DNA of 64,000 nt from an uncultured Pseudomonadota bacterium (GTDB lineage Bacteria > Pseudomonadota > Alphaproteobacteria > Rs-D84), in contig CADBVV010000007.1 in assembly GCA_902798205.1 (NCBI GenBank), positions 6,852 through 70,851 on the forward strand, given 5' to 3'. The translations under genes and the position numbers were made by a program. The notes beneath the pieces were generated by a model. That model did not search any database. It saw only the letters and a list, made by a program, of their open reading frames with translations, and had not been told where the DNA came from. Shown piece after piece: positions 28,915 through 38,636 of the stretch (position 1 is its first letter; the number at the start of each line of letters is the position of its first letter).

Positions 28915-29068
28915 TTATTACCCTTTCATTTATTTTCTGTTGTTGTGTTGTATTTATTTGGTTTTGCAAATATTGTTTTTCACATTGCGCAACACCAAGA
29001 CTTTTTCCATAAAAATATGCGCCAACAATTGTGGCGCACATCAAAACAATTAAATATATTTTTGTCAT
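28841..29068 (-). CDS. Small type II membrane protein, i-spanin (Rz)-like
   Basis: Single N-terminal TM helix (IYLIVLMCATIVGAYFYG) followed by a Gln-rich helical periplasmic part. Confidence 0.68.
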   Translation of the reverse strand: MTKIYLIVLMCATIVGAYFYGKSLGVAQCEKQYLQNQINTTQQQKINERVINETVYKTGVRDIRRILRDKYTITE

Positions 29069-29095
29069 TATTTTCTTGTCATTATTTTCCCCACA

Positions 29096-29124
29096 AAGAA
29101 ACCGCCATATTGGCGGTTCTTTTT
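29096..29124 (-). terminator. Intrinsic terminator after rho
   Basis: aaagaaaccgcca-tat-tggcggttctttt. Confidence 0.8.
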
Positions 29125-30391
29125 ATTGATTCATTGAATTAAAGAAATCTTCATTGGTTTTGGTCAATCTTAATTTATCCAACAAGAATTCCATTGCTTC
29201 CAATGTTCCCATCGGATTAATTATACGACGCAAAACATACATTTTTGACAATGTATCTTTTGAAACCAACAAATCTTCTTTACGTGTACCAGATTTTGTA
29301 ATATCAATCGCAGGATACACACGTTTATCTGATAATTTACGATCTAAAATAATTTCGCTGTTTCCCGTCCCTTTAAATTCTTCGAAAACAACTTCATCCA
29401 TTTTTGAACCAGTATCTATCAAAGCAGTAGCAATAATTGTCAAAGAACCACCACCTTCTATATTACGTGCTGCACCAAAGAAACGCTTTGGTCTTTGTAA
29501 AGCATAAGCATCAACACCACCAGTTAAAACTTTTCCACTGGATGGGACAACCGTATTATATGCACGACCCAATCTGGTAATAGAATCCAACAAGATAACA
29601 ACATCTTGGCCTGCTTCGACCAAACGTTTGGCCTTTTCAATAACCATTTCTGCAACCTGGATATGACGTGTTGCTGGTTCATCAAATGTTGATGAAATAA
29701 CTTCACCACGAACACTGCGTTGCATATCTGTAACTTCTTCTGGACGTTCGTCAATCAAAAGCACTATTAATTTTACATCTGGATAATTTGTTGCAATTGA
29801 ATGCGCAATGTTTTGCAACATAACTGTTTTACCGGTTCTTGGTGGCGCAACAATCAAGGAACGTTGCCCTTTTCCAGTTGGTGAAATCAAATCGATTACA
29901 CGCGCAGATAAATTGCGCCCCTTGTCTGTATCGTTTTCGACTTCCATTTTCAATTTTTCATCTGGATATAAAGGTGTCATATCATCAAAAGAAATACGAT
30001 GACGCAATTTTTCAGGGTCTTCACCATTAACACGTTCAATCGTTTCCAATGCAAAATAACGTTCTGATTCATTTTGTGGTGCCTGAATTTGACCTTCGAC
30101 ATAATCACCAGTTTTTAACCCATATTTCTTTATTAAATTTGGTGATACATATAAATCATCTGGTCCCGCCAAATAATTACTTTCTGGTGCACGCAAGAAA
30201 CCAAAACCATCCGGCATACGTTCCAATACACCATCACCAATCAAAACAATTGATTTATCAGCAGCATAAACACGCATGACCGCGAAACGCAATTGTTGAA
30301 CATTTAATTGTGAAGGATTTTCAATCCCCATATCTTCAGCCATCTTCAACAATTGTTGAGGAGACTTTGTCTTTAATTCATTTACATGCAT
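29123..30391 (-). CDS. rho: Transcription termination factor Rho
   Basis: [42 protein letters not shown]; start set at ATG 30391. Confidence 0.98.
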   Translation of the reverse strand: MHVNELKTKSPQQLLKMAEDMGIENPSQLNVQQLRFAVMRVYAADKSIVLIGDGVLERMPDGFGFLRAPESNYLAGPDDLYVSPNLIKKYGLKTGDYVEGQIQAPQNESERYFALETIERVNGEDPEKLRHRISFDDMTPLYPDEKLKMEVENDTDKGRNLSARVIDLISPTGKGQRSLIVAPPRTGKTVMLQNIAHSIATNYPDVKLIVLLIDERPEEVTDMQRSVRGEVISSTFDEPATRHIQVAEMVIEKAKRLVEAGQDVVILLDSITRLGRAYNTVVPSSGKVLTGGVDAYALQRPKRFFGAARNIEGGGSLTIIATALIDTGSKMDEVVFEEFKGTGNSEIILDRKLSDKRVYPAIDITKSGTRKEDLLVSKDTLSKMYVLRRIINPMGTLEAMEFLLDKLRLTKTNEDFFNSMNQ

Positions 30392-30447
30392 AAAAAAGCC
30401 TTTTTGTGGAAATCGCAAACGAAGAATTTCGTTGCTTTGATAGTTAT

Positions 30448-30476
30448 ATTATAGAATAAAAGAGAAAAAATGTCAA
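30448..30476 (-). promoter_or_regulatory. Consensus sigma70 promoter of rho
   Basis: TTGACA-17 nt-TATAAT on the minus strand. Confidence 0.85.
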
Positions 30477-30531
30477 GGGGGCCTAAAGCAAGCGGCCCTA
30501 ACGGGCCACTAAAATCTTTGCAACAAATGCA

Positions 30532-30681
30532 CTATCTTTTTTCGTTTTCAGTATTCGCAAACATGTCACGTGCATTGAATTCTTGCATAAAATTAACAGG
30601 TTTCAATTTTTCTGTAGCAGCCTTGATACCCGCAGATTTTACGCTTCCTGTTGCCTTTTTTAAAGAGTTTCCATTCGCCAT
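30532..30681 (-). CDS. Small hypothetical protein (49 aa); not in the ORF track
   Basis: MANGNSLKKATGSVKSAGIKAATEKLKPVNFMQEFNARDMFANTENEKR; AAAGG upstream; GC hairpin downstream. Confidence 0.5.
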   Translation of the reverse strand: MANGNSLKKATGSVKSAGIKAATEKLKPVNFMQEFNARDMFANTENEKR

Positions 30682-30783
30682 TTTTATACCTTTTGCGCTT
30701 TTATCTCTCTATCATTTATTGACATAATATACCAAACAATCTTTTTTGTCAAGTATATTTGTCAATATTTTTTACCCTATTTT

Positions 30784-32166
30784 TTATTGTTCACATTCTT
30801 CACATTCGTCTGTTTCAGAATATTCTTCAACAACGATTGGTGCTGGTTGTTGTGGTTCTGTATAATGAACTTCCTTTACAACGCGAACGCGACGATTTTC
30901 TGCATTTGGTGTATTATCAGGTGTTGGGACCTTCAAATCTTCTTCGCCAGCAGATACTGCGATTATTTGTGAAGAAGGTATTCCATATTCAATCAACATC
31001 TTTTGAACAGCTTCCGCTCTGCGACCACCCAATGCATAATTATAGGAACTGGATCCGGCTGTATCAGTATGACCAACAACAGAAACCTTTACGTTTTTAT
31101 TAGCCTGGGTTGTTGCTGCCAATTTTCTGATAATATCTTCATATTCAGGTTTAATCTTTGATTTATCGAAATCAAATCTTACTTCAAAGATTTCTTCCAT
31201 AACATGCTGTTTTGGTTCCAATGGGATCTGTTGAACCTTGATAACAGTCTTATCTGCGGCTGGCGCTTTGCCCATTTCATCCAAACGTGCATTGATAGCA
31301 GCCAATTCAGCACGCATAGCCATCATCATTTCAACGAATTCATCCCTGGTTACAAAATCACCTTCGGCGCCTGTGGCATTGATAACGTCATCGCCAGCGG
31401 TTGCGTTTTCTTCACCACCATAAATATTTTGGTTAAATACCATTGGTGTTACTGGCACAGGTTGAACCAGATTACCAGGTATATTCACATTGTTAACAAT
31501 TACAACACCTTCACGAGAACGAGAAACACCAGCCATCGCATTCAAACGACGTGTTTCTGGATAATATTTTTCTTCTTCGTTCTTTGGTGTCAAATTTTCA
31601 GAATTTACATGTGTTGGTGCAATAACTTTGCCCATCGCACAATCTTTCAATGTTTTTAAAGATGTCATGAATCTTGATTTACATTCATTGGCTGTTGCAT
31701 TTTGACCACTGGCCGCAGCAGATATCCAACAATCAAATTTAGCCTGGGCTTCGGCAGCAAGTTGTGGCTGCATCTGTGCAGCATCATCTTTCAATTCAGC
31801 CATCAAATCGTTATATGCGGTATAAATTTCAAATCTTTCACTTTCGTTTCTGATTTTCCAATTATCCAATGTTTCAGGGAAAGGTGTTTCACCAGAAAAA
31901 GCCCCTATTGATTTTTGGGCAAACAATTCTGCAATTTCTGGATAGCCACTGGTTCTGGCATTATAAATTGCAAACGAACGATAATTCATAGCCAATTGAT
32001 TCAGAAAAGAATCTTGGTGTGGCGCATCGTTAACATTTAACTGTTCAACATATTCAACCGCAGGCATTTCATATTCTGCGACTTCTTCATTTGCGCTTCC
32101 AACGCAACCAGCAACAGCGATACACGCAACCAAAGATAATGTTGATACATAGTATTTATTTTTCAT
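30784..32166 (-). CDS. OmpA-family lipoprotein
   Basis: Lipobox VAG-C; C-terminal FDFDKS, VVGHTD, GGRRAEAV, NRRV; helical Cys-containing N-terminal domain. Confidence 0.88.
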   Translation of the reverse strand: MKNKYYVSTLSLVACIAVAGCVGSANEEVAEYEMPAVEYVEQLNVNDAPHQDSFLNQLAMNYRSFAIYNARTSGYPEIAELFAQKSIGAFSGETPFPETLDNWKIRNESERFEIYTAYNDLMAELKDDAAQMQPQLAAEAQAKFDCWISAAASGQNATANECKSRFMTSLKTLKDCAMGKVIAPTHVNSENLTPKNEEEKYYPETRRLNAMAGVSRSREGVVIVNNVNIPGNLVQPVPVTPMVFNQNIYGGEENATAGDDVINATGAEGDFVTRDEFVEMMMAMRAELAAINARLDEMGKAPAADKTVIKVQQIPLEPKQHVMEEIFEVRFDFDKSKIKPEYEDIIRKLAATTQANKNVKVSVVGHTDTAGSSSYNYALGGRRAEAVQKMLIEYGIPSSQIIAVSAGEEDLKVPTPDNTPNAENRRVRVVKEVHYTEPQQPAPIVVEEYSETDECEECEQ

Positions 32167-32276
32167 AATAATTCCCTTTCCTTGTTTATTATCACATTAA
32201 TTATACATTTTTTTGAAAATCTAGTAAAGAGAAAAAGCACACAAAAGTGTGCTTTTTTACATAAAAAACATACATA

Positions 32277-33062
32277 TTATTTATCAAACATGGATGTGGC
32301 CATTGTACCAAGTGACGGCAACATAGATTTTATATCACCACTGCCCCCCATTGAAGACACCGCTTGCAACACAGACGACGTTCCGGCCGCACCAGTTGAT
32401 TGACCAACACTGCCCAATGTTTGTGTTAAGAAACCGCCATACAATTCACGTTTGGCTGCCGCAATTCTTGCTGGCGCACAACGTTGTGCTTTTTCTTTTA
32501 ACTTTGCAACCTTTTTTGCCTCTGATTTTGTGTAATCTTCATCGGTAAAAGGAAGTCTGCCGAATACATCATATATATTAGATACTGTTTCACATTTTTT
32601 CAGATTATCATCTTCACATTTTGATGCAGAACTGGCCTTTGGAAATCCGAACCACACTGTATCTTTATCCGCATCACTGTGAAAAGTATCATAACACGAC
32701 TGATTATCGTCAGCATTATTTATACACTCACCGTAACCATCTTCTCTTATCTTGCCCAAACCACTTGCCGCTGACGATGCGGTTACTTCGCCCAATTTTG
32801 CCCATTCTTTGACCAAATCATTGACTGTATTTAATTCATCAGAAGTCGGTGCACAATCCGCACTTAATTGTTGTTGTTGTGCGCTCAATGCCTGAACACT
32901 GCTGACCAAACCAAGAACCGTTGGCAATAAACTGGTCGCTGATTCCATCTTGTCCACCTTTTTTGTTGCCACAGGTGCAGCCTTTTTTATATTAACAGCA
33001 GCCTGCGAAACAGAAGTCGCAGCAAACATAGCTATTACTAAGATAGACAATATTCTTTTCAT
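32277..33062 (-). CDS. Secreted Cys-containing hypothetical protein
   Basis: Signal peptide MKRILSILVIAMFAATSVSQA; 6 Cys; Gly/Ser-rich hydrophobic C-terminus. Confidence 0.7.
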   Translation of the reverse strand: MKRILSILVIAMFAATSVSQAAVNIKKAAPVATKKVDKMESATSLLPTVLGLVSSVQALSAQQQQLSADCAPTSDELNTVNDLVKEWAKLGEVTASSAASGLGKIREDGYGECINNADDNQSCYDTFHSDADKDTVWFGFPKASSASKCEDDNLKKCETVSNIYDVFGRLPFTDEDYTKSEAKKVAKLKEKAQRCAPARIAAAKRELYGGFLTQTLGSVGQSTGAAGTSSVLQAVSSMGGSGDIKSMLPSLGTMATSMFDK

Positions 33063-33147
33063 CTCTCTCGGTGATATTATATCATAAAAAAAACATTATA
33101 TAAATATAAAAATTGCATTTTTATTTATTAATCGCTACACTGATAGC

Positions 33148-33627
33148 ATGCAACAAAGTCAACGCAACTTTATAATTATATCAAAACACAAAAGGCTTAC
33201 CCGTCTGTGGCAATTTTTCTTTACAGGATGGGGATTGGTTATGGTTGCTGTGTTGGTTGCGGCATCGCTTTTAACGAAACAAATATTGTGGACACCGATA
33301 AGCGCAATTAATATGCAAGATATTGTCACAAACCAATTTAAAATGACAAATGCATCATTTGTTGGCACTGACAAAGACGGCAACCCATTTAAAATTTATG
33401 CTAAAAATGGCCGCAAGGAATATAATAAACCAGATATTATTTTCCTTGAAAAACCATCAGGCAGCATTGTTCGCATGACAGATAACAAAAAAATAACGGA
33501 TAAAATTTCTGCGAACACTGGCCAATTCAATCTTAAAACAAAACAGTTGGATTTAAATGGACATGTGCGTGTTGATTCCAGCAATGGCGATAAAATATTA
33601 ACAGACGAAATGGTGATACAATTATGA
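33148..33627 (+). CDS. lptC: LPS export protein LptC
   Basis: N-terminal TM helix, GTDKDGNPFKIYA, beta-jellyroll-like region; lies directly upstream of lptB. Confidence 0.8.
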   Translation: MQQSQRNFIIISKHKRLTRLWQFFFTGWGLVMVAVLVAASLLTKQILWTPISAINMQDIVTNQFKMTNASFVGTDKDGNPFKIYAKNGRKEYNKPDIIFLEKPSGSIVRMTDNKKITDKISANTGQFNLKTKQLDLNGHVRVDSSNGDKILTDEMVIQL

Positions 33628-34355
33628 TAAAAAAATCAGTATTAAGGGTCGAACATTTATCAAAAAATTATGGCAAACGTGTTGTTTTGCGCGACATATC
33701 TTTGATTGCCAACCAGGGTGAATCCGTTGGATTACTGGGACCAAACGGTGCCGGAAAAACAACAGCGTTTTATTGCATCACTGGTCAATTGGCTGCATCC
33801 AGCGGACAAATATTTTTAAATTCACAAGACATCACACATTTACCATTTTATCAACGTTCACGTTTACATATTGGATACCTGCCCCAAGAAAACAGTGTTT
33901 TCCGCGGTTTGTCGGTTGAAGATAATATTATGGCGGTTCTGGAAATTGTTGAACCGAATCGTCAAAAACGCGAAGAAAAATTGAATGCATTATTGGATGA
34001 ATTTTCTATTGCTTTCTTGCGCAAAAGTCCCGCAACCGCATTATCTGGTGGCGAACGTCGTCGTGTTGAAATTGCACGTGCGTTGGCAAATGATCCTAAA
34101 TTTATTTTGTTAGACGAACCTTTTGCAGGAATTGACCCAATCGCAGTAAACGAAATTCGTGAATTGGTATCCCAATTAAAACATCGCGGACTTGGCGTTA
34201 TTATTACAGACCACAATGTTCGTGAAACATTGGGAATTACAGATCGCAGTTATGTTTTACATGATGGCAAGATTTTAAAACACGGAACAACAGACGAAAT
34301 TGTCCAAGATGAAATGGTTAAAAAAGTTTACTTGGGCGAAAATTTCACTATGTAA
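33624..34355 (+). CDS. lptB: LPS export ABC transporter ATPase LptB
   Basis: GPNGAGKTT, GYLPQE, LSGGERRR, LLDEPFAGIDP, ITDHNVRETL. Confidence 0.96.
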   Translation: MIKKSVLRVEHLSKNYGKRVVLRDISLIANQGESVGLLGPNGAGKTTAFYCITGQLAASSGQIFLNSQDITHLPFYQRSRLHIGYLPQENSVFRGLSVEDNIMAVLEIVEPNRQKREEKLNALLDEFSIAFLRKSPATALSGGERRRVEIARALANDPKFILLDEPFAGIDPIAVNEIRELVSQLKHRGLGVIITDHNVRETLGITDRSYVLHDGKILKHGTTDEIVQDEMVKKVYLGENFTM

Positions 34356-34393
34356 AAAAATTTCATTAAATAACACGAAAGGAGAAAATAGAC

Positions 34394-35656
34394 ATGTTTG
34401 CTATTGAAAAAGTTTTTGCACGTCAAATTATGGATTCACGTGGTAATCCAACGGTTGAATGCGATGTTTGGTTAAATGGTGGTGCATTTGGTCGTGCATC
34501 GGTTCCATCTGGCGCATCTACTGGTTCTTTTGAAGCATTGGAATTACGCGATGGTGATAAATCATACATGGGAAAATCTGTTTTCAAAGCTGTTAAAAAT
34601 GTAAACGAAATTATCGCACCTGCATTGATTGGTATGGATGCAACAAAACAATCAGACATTGATAATAAAATGTTAGAAATTGATGGCACACCAAACAAAG
34701 AAAAATTGGGTGCAAATGCAATTTTGTCTGTATCTTTGGCGGTTGCACATGCGGCTGCGAATGCACAACAAATACCACTTTATAAACACATCGCAAACAT
34801 TTTTGGTAATTCAAATCCAAATACCCTGCCCCGTCCAATGATGAATATTGTAAATGGTGGCGCACACGCAGATAATGGATTAGATGCCCAAGAATTTATG
34901 ATTATCCCAAACGGCGCAAAAAACGAAGTCGAAGCGATTCGTATGGGTTCTGAAATTTTTCATAATTTGAAATCTATTTTGAAAAAATCTCATCATTCCA
35001 CAAACGTTGGGGACGAAGGTGGCTTTGCGCCAAATTTTGACACTTGCGAACAAGCACTGGATACAATTGTCGCTGCAATCAAAGCAGCAGGTTACGAACC
35101 AGGTTCTGATGTATCTATTGGTTTAGATGTGGCTTCGTCTGAATTTTACAAAGACGGCATATATCATTTCGAAGGTTCAGAAAAAACAGCAGACCAAATG
35201 ATTGAATTTTACCGTGAATTAATTTCTAAATATCCTGTAATATCTATCGAAGATGGTTTGGCAGAAGAAGATTGGGACAATTGGAAAAAATTGACCTTAA
35301 CAATCGGAAACAAATGTCAATTGGTTGGTGATGATTTGTTTGTCACAAATCCGATTCGTTTGAAAAAAGGTATTGAAAATAATTGTGCAAATGCAATACT
35401 TATCAAAGTAAACCAGATTGGTTCGTTGACAGAAACTTTGACAGCAATCAAAATGGCCCAAGATGCAAATTACGGTGTTATCGTTTCACACCGCAGTGGC
35501 GAAACAGAAGATACCACAATTGCTGATTTGGCTGTGGCAACAAATGCCGGACAAATTAAAACAGGTTCCATGTCACGTACAGATCGTATGGCAAAATACA
35601 ACCAATTAATCCGAATCGAAGAAGAATTGGGTGTTAACGCAAAATATGGGATATAA
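34394..35656 (+). CDS. eno: Enolase
   Basis: [41 protein letters not shown]. Confidence 0.98.
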   Translation: MFAIEKVFARQIMDSRGNPTVECDVWLNGGAFGRASVPSGASTGSFEALELRDGDKSYMGKSVFKAVKNVNEIIAPALIGMDATKQSDIDNKMLEIDGTPNKEKLGANAILSVSLAVAHAAANAQQIPLYKHIANIFGNSNPNTLPRPMMNIVNGGAHADNGLDAQEFMIIPNGAKNEVEAIRMGSEIFHNLKSILKKSHHSTNVGDEGGFAPNFDTCEQALDTIVAAIKAAGYEPGSDVSIGLDVASSEFYKDGIYHFEGSEKTADQMIEFYRELISKYPVISIEDGLAEEDWDNWKKLTLTIGNKCQLVGDDLFVTNPIRLKKGIENNCANAILIKVNQIGSLTETLTAIKMAQDANYGVIVSHRSGETEDTTIADLAVATNAGQIKTGSMSRTDRMAKYNQLIRIEEELGVNAKYGI

Positions 35657-35863
35657 ATGATATCTTTGAATGGAATTTTATTAGTTTTAAAATACATCAT
35701 CGTCGCAATGATTTTTGTGGGTATTTTATTAACACCCGCATATCTTGCGGTTGCAAATGGCCGTTCAAAATATGATGTAATGCGAACACGTATGGGTTCG
35801 TGGATGTTTGGATGGTCTTTTATCGGATGGTTTTTTGCACTGTTTGTCGCATCAAAAAAATAA
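35657..35863 (+). CDS. Superinfection immunity (T4 Imm-like) membrane protein
   Basis: LTPAYLA...GWSFIGWFFALFVA matches the LxPxxxA...GWTxIGWxxALxxA pattern. Confidence 0.7.
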   Translation: MISLNGILLVLKYIIVAMIFVGILLTPAYLAVANGRSKYDVMRTRMGSWMFGWSFIGWFFALFVASKK

Positions 35864-35886
35864 AAAACGCCAAATTGGCGTTTTTT
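35862..35886. terminator. Bidirectional intrinsic terminator
   Basis: aaaaaacgcca-aat-tggcgtttttt. Confidence 0.8.
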
Positions 35887-37210
35887 ATTTTTTATTTATT
35901 GTTTCATCACCATTTAAACGAATAATTTGTTGTGGGTTATCTTGCAATGATTTTATTGTTGAATCTATCAGTGCTTTACGTTCCATAAATGTTTTCTTGT
36001 TTGCTGCATCCAAATTATCAATTGCCGGTAATTTAACAGTCATAGGATTCACATGCACGCCGTTTTTAATAACTTCATAATGCAAATGTGGGCCTGTTGA
36101 TACACCGGTAGATCCGGCATATCCGATAATTTGTCCCTGACGAACAACGGTGCCAACATTTACGCCCTTGGCAAATTTGGACATATGCGCATACAAAGTT
36201 TCAAATGTTCCATTATGTCTTATCTTTACAAAATTACCATGTCCGCGATTATAACTGCGCGCAATAACACGACCAGAACCAGCCGCCGGAATTGGTGTTC
36301 CTGTTGGTGCACGGAAATCAACCCCTTTGTGCGCACGTGTAAATCCTAATACCGGATGTTTACGTGCCCCAGAAAACTTTGATGTAATCTTTGCATTATT
36401 TATTGGGGTTCTTTTCAAAGATTTAATTGCACCATTACCATTTGCATCATAATATCCAGAATGGCCATTTGGTTTTACATAACGATACATTTGAACATTT
36501 CCACGCAATGCATCAAATGAAACAGCCAATATATGTCCATTATCAACCTTTTTATCCGAAGCAAAATTTTCTTCGTATAAAACATAGAATTTTTGTCCCG
36601 CACGAATATCACGTTCAAAGTCCATTTCAAATGCCAATAAATCATATACATCTAATATAATACCTTCTGGGATACCGGCTTCTTTGGCGGAAAGATAAAA
36701 ACTGCTGCCCTGGGCAATTTCGCCCTGTTTATAAGAAATACGGGTATCACGTTCAATTTCTATTTTCTGGCATTGCCATGTGTCCGGTGTTCCACAATCA
36801 ATTTCTATTCTGTTCCATGGGCCATTTTCAATTATAATTTTTGATATCGGCGCATTTTCATCGGCACGAACAAAATCAATTTTATCGCGTCCGGCACGCA
36901 GTGTTGTGAAATCTGCATCTTTTTTCAGATTCTTTGATATTGTATCAATATCACGCATTGAAAAACCATTGCTGCCCAAAATCTTGGAAAGTGTATCCCC
37001 AGATTTAACCTCTACAATCGTGTGGTTTTCATGTGAAAATACGGCTTCACGTGCAGGTCTGTAGAAACAAACAACCCCTACTGCCACCACAATCATACAT
37101 ATTGCAACATATAAAATAACACGGGACAAAACATTAACATTGCCCAACTTTTTACAAGATTTTACCACACCGGCATTCATCTTTTTGATAATAAATTTTG
37201 CTTTTTCCAT
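35885..37210 (-). CDS. M23-family peptidoglycan DD-endopeptidase (MepM-like)
   Basis: N-terminal TM helix, VKSGDTL LysM/OapA-like region, HPV...HKGVDF, YAHMS, STGPHLHYE. Confidence 0.92.
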   Translation of the reverse strand: MEKAKFIIKKMNAGVVKSCKKLGNVNVLSRVILYVAICMIVVAVGVVCFYRPAREAVFSHENHTIVEVKSGDTLSKILGSNGFSMRDIDTISKNLKKDADFTTLRAGRDKIDFVRADENAPISKIIIENGPWNRIEIDCGTPDTWQCQKIEIERDTRISYKQGEIAQGSSFYLSAKEAGIPEGIILDVYDLLAFEMDFERDIRAGQKFYVLYEENFASDKKVDNGHILAVSFDALRGNVQMYRYVKPNGHSGYYDANGNGAIKSLKRTPINNAKITSKFSGARKHPVLGFTRAHKGVDFRAPTGTPIPAAGSGRVIARSYNRGHGNFVKIRHNGTFETLYAHMSKFAKGVNVGTVVRQGQIIGYAGSTGVSTGPHLHYEVIKNGVHVNPMTVKLPAIDNLDAANKKTFMERKALIDSTIKSLQDNPQQIIRLNGDETINKK

Positions 37211-37231
37211 AGGGTGCATTATAATAAAAAT

Positions 37232-37999
37232 ATGAATATAAATCAAGCATTCACAATTTTAGAAAAATCTGGTGACACGCGCGCGGCACGAATTATTACA
37301 AATAAACATCCAAAAATCTCTTGGTTACGCGTTATGTATTACGCACATTTATTGCGCCGTGGTATGCCAGTGGCAAAAATTATTCATTCAAAATGGTTTT
37401 ACGGATTGGAATTTTACACAAACAAACACACCCTTGATCCGCGTCCGGATACTGAAACATTGGTTGAAGCGGTTATAAAAGATTGTATAACAAATGAAAA
37501 ACGCTCTATTTTGGATATGGGGACCGGAACAGGATGCATAATATGCGCACTGTGTAAAAATATTCCAAACACAACAGGCGTTGCGATTGATAAATCAAGA
37601 AAGGCTTTACGCGTAGCCAAAAGAAACATCAAAAAATTTCAAATGGATAAACAAATCAAAATCAAACATGCCGATTTTGCAAATTTTAAATCTGATAAAA
37701 AGTTTGATATTATTGTTTCAAATCCCCCATATATAAAATATGGTGACAACCGTGTTAATATGGGTGCAATGTTCGACCCAAAAATCGCATTGTATGCAAA
37801 AAACGACGGATTATATGCATATGAACAAATTGCTAAAAACACAAAAAAATTATTAAAAAAAGACGGAAAAATCTATCTTGAAATTGGCGTTGGACAATCA
37901 AACCAAATTATAAAAATATTCAAATTTTATGGATGGAATTTTGAACGTGTTGAACCAGATTTATCTGGTATCAATCGTGTATTGGTTTTTAGCCTTTAA
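37232..37999 (+). CDS. prmC: Release factor glutamine methyltransferase
   Basis: LDPRPDTE, LDMGTGTG, VSNPPY, EIG. Confidence 0.92.
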   Translation: MNINQAFTILEKSGDTRAARIITNKHPKISWLRVMYYAHLLRRGMPVAKIIHSKWFYGLEFYTNKHTLDPRPDTETLVEAVIKDCITNEKRSILDMGTGTGCIICALCKNIPNTTGVAIDKSRKALRVAKRNIKKFQMDKQIKIKHADFANFKSDKKFDIIVSNPPYIKYGDNRVNMGAMFDPKIALYAKNDGLYAYEQIAKNTKKLLKKDGKIYLEIGVGQSNQIIKIFKFYGWNFERVEPDLSGINRVLVFSL

Positions 38000-38636
38000 A
38001 ATATGGATTATGTTTTTTAAGCCATTCTATTGTTGTATCCATACCATGTCCATGAACAACATATGTTTCATCTTCTAAATCCATATCATACAAATTATGA
38101 ATTGATTGGTGCAATTGTTCATGATCACCACCAGGAAAATCATAACGACCATGACTGTCTGCAAATAAAGTGTCACCTGTTAACAAAATTTTATATTTTG
38201 GAAAATAAAACATTAAACCCCCAGGGGTATGTCCCGGACTTTCCATAATTTCCATTTGAATATCTGGTAATATCTCAATTGTACCGGCCGATAAATTTAA
38301 TGGTTTTTTATAATTATCATGAATATGCGGTATGCCAAACATATCCAACAATTCATTGCCCCACCCGATTAAATAATTATCATTGGCATTTAAAAACCAA
38401 TCTATATTAAATGCACGTGCCAAACTGGGCGCGGCAGATATATGGTCCGGATGCCCATGTGTTGCATATATCGCACGTAAATTTAAACCACGGTCCAATA
38501 AAACCTTTTCCCAATCTTTTGCGCGTCCCCATGCATCAAAAACAACAGCATCTGTCCCCACACTAACCAATAATGAATTGGTGTTTGTTGGTGGCATATG
38601 AATAACTTCAAATCTCACTTCGTTATTTTTTTGCAT
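37989..38636 (-). CDS. MBL-fold metallo-hydrolase (glyoxalase II-like)
   Basis: THGHPDH, SPGHTPG, TGDTLF, GHG. Confidence 0.9.
   Translation of the reverse strand: MQKNNEVRFEVIHMPPTNTNSLLVSVGTDAVVFDAWGRAKDWEKVLLDRGLNLRAIYATHGHPDHISAAPSLARAFNIDWFLNANDNYLIGWGNELLDMFGIPHIHDNYKKPLNLSAGTIEILPDIQMEIMESPGHTPGGLMFYFPKYKILLTGDTLFADSHGRYDFPGGDHEQLHQSIHNLYDMDLEDETYVVHGHGMDTTIEWLKKHNPYFKG

Noticed and set aside
30470-30727. Plus-strand 85-aa ORF, or a ribosomal protein gene upstream of rho
   Set aside because: No ribosomal protein motif; the plus ORF overlaps the rho promoter, while the minus-strand 49-aa ORF has the better RBS.
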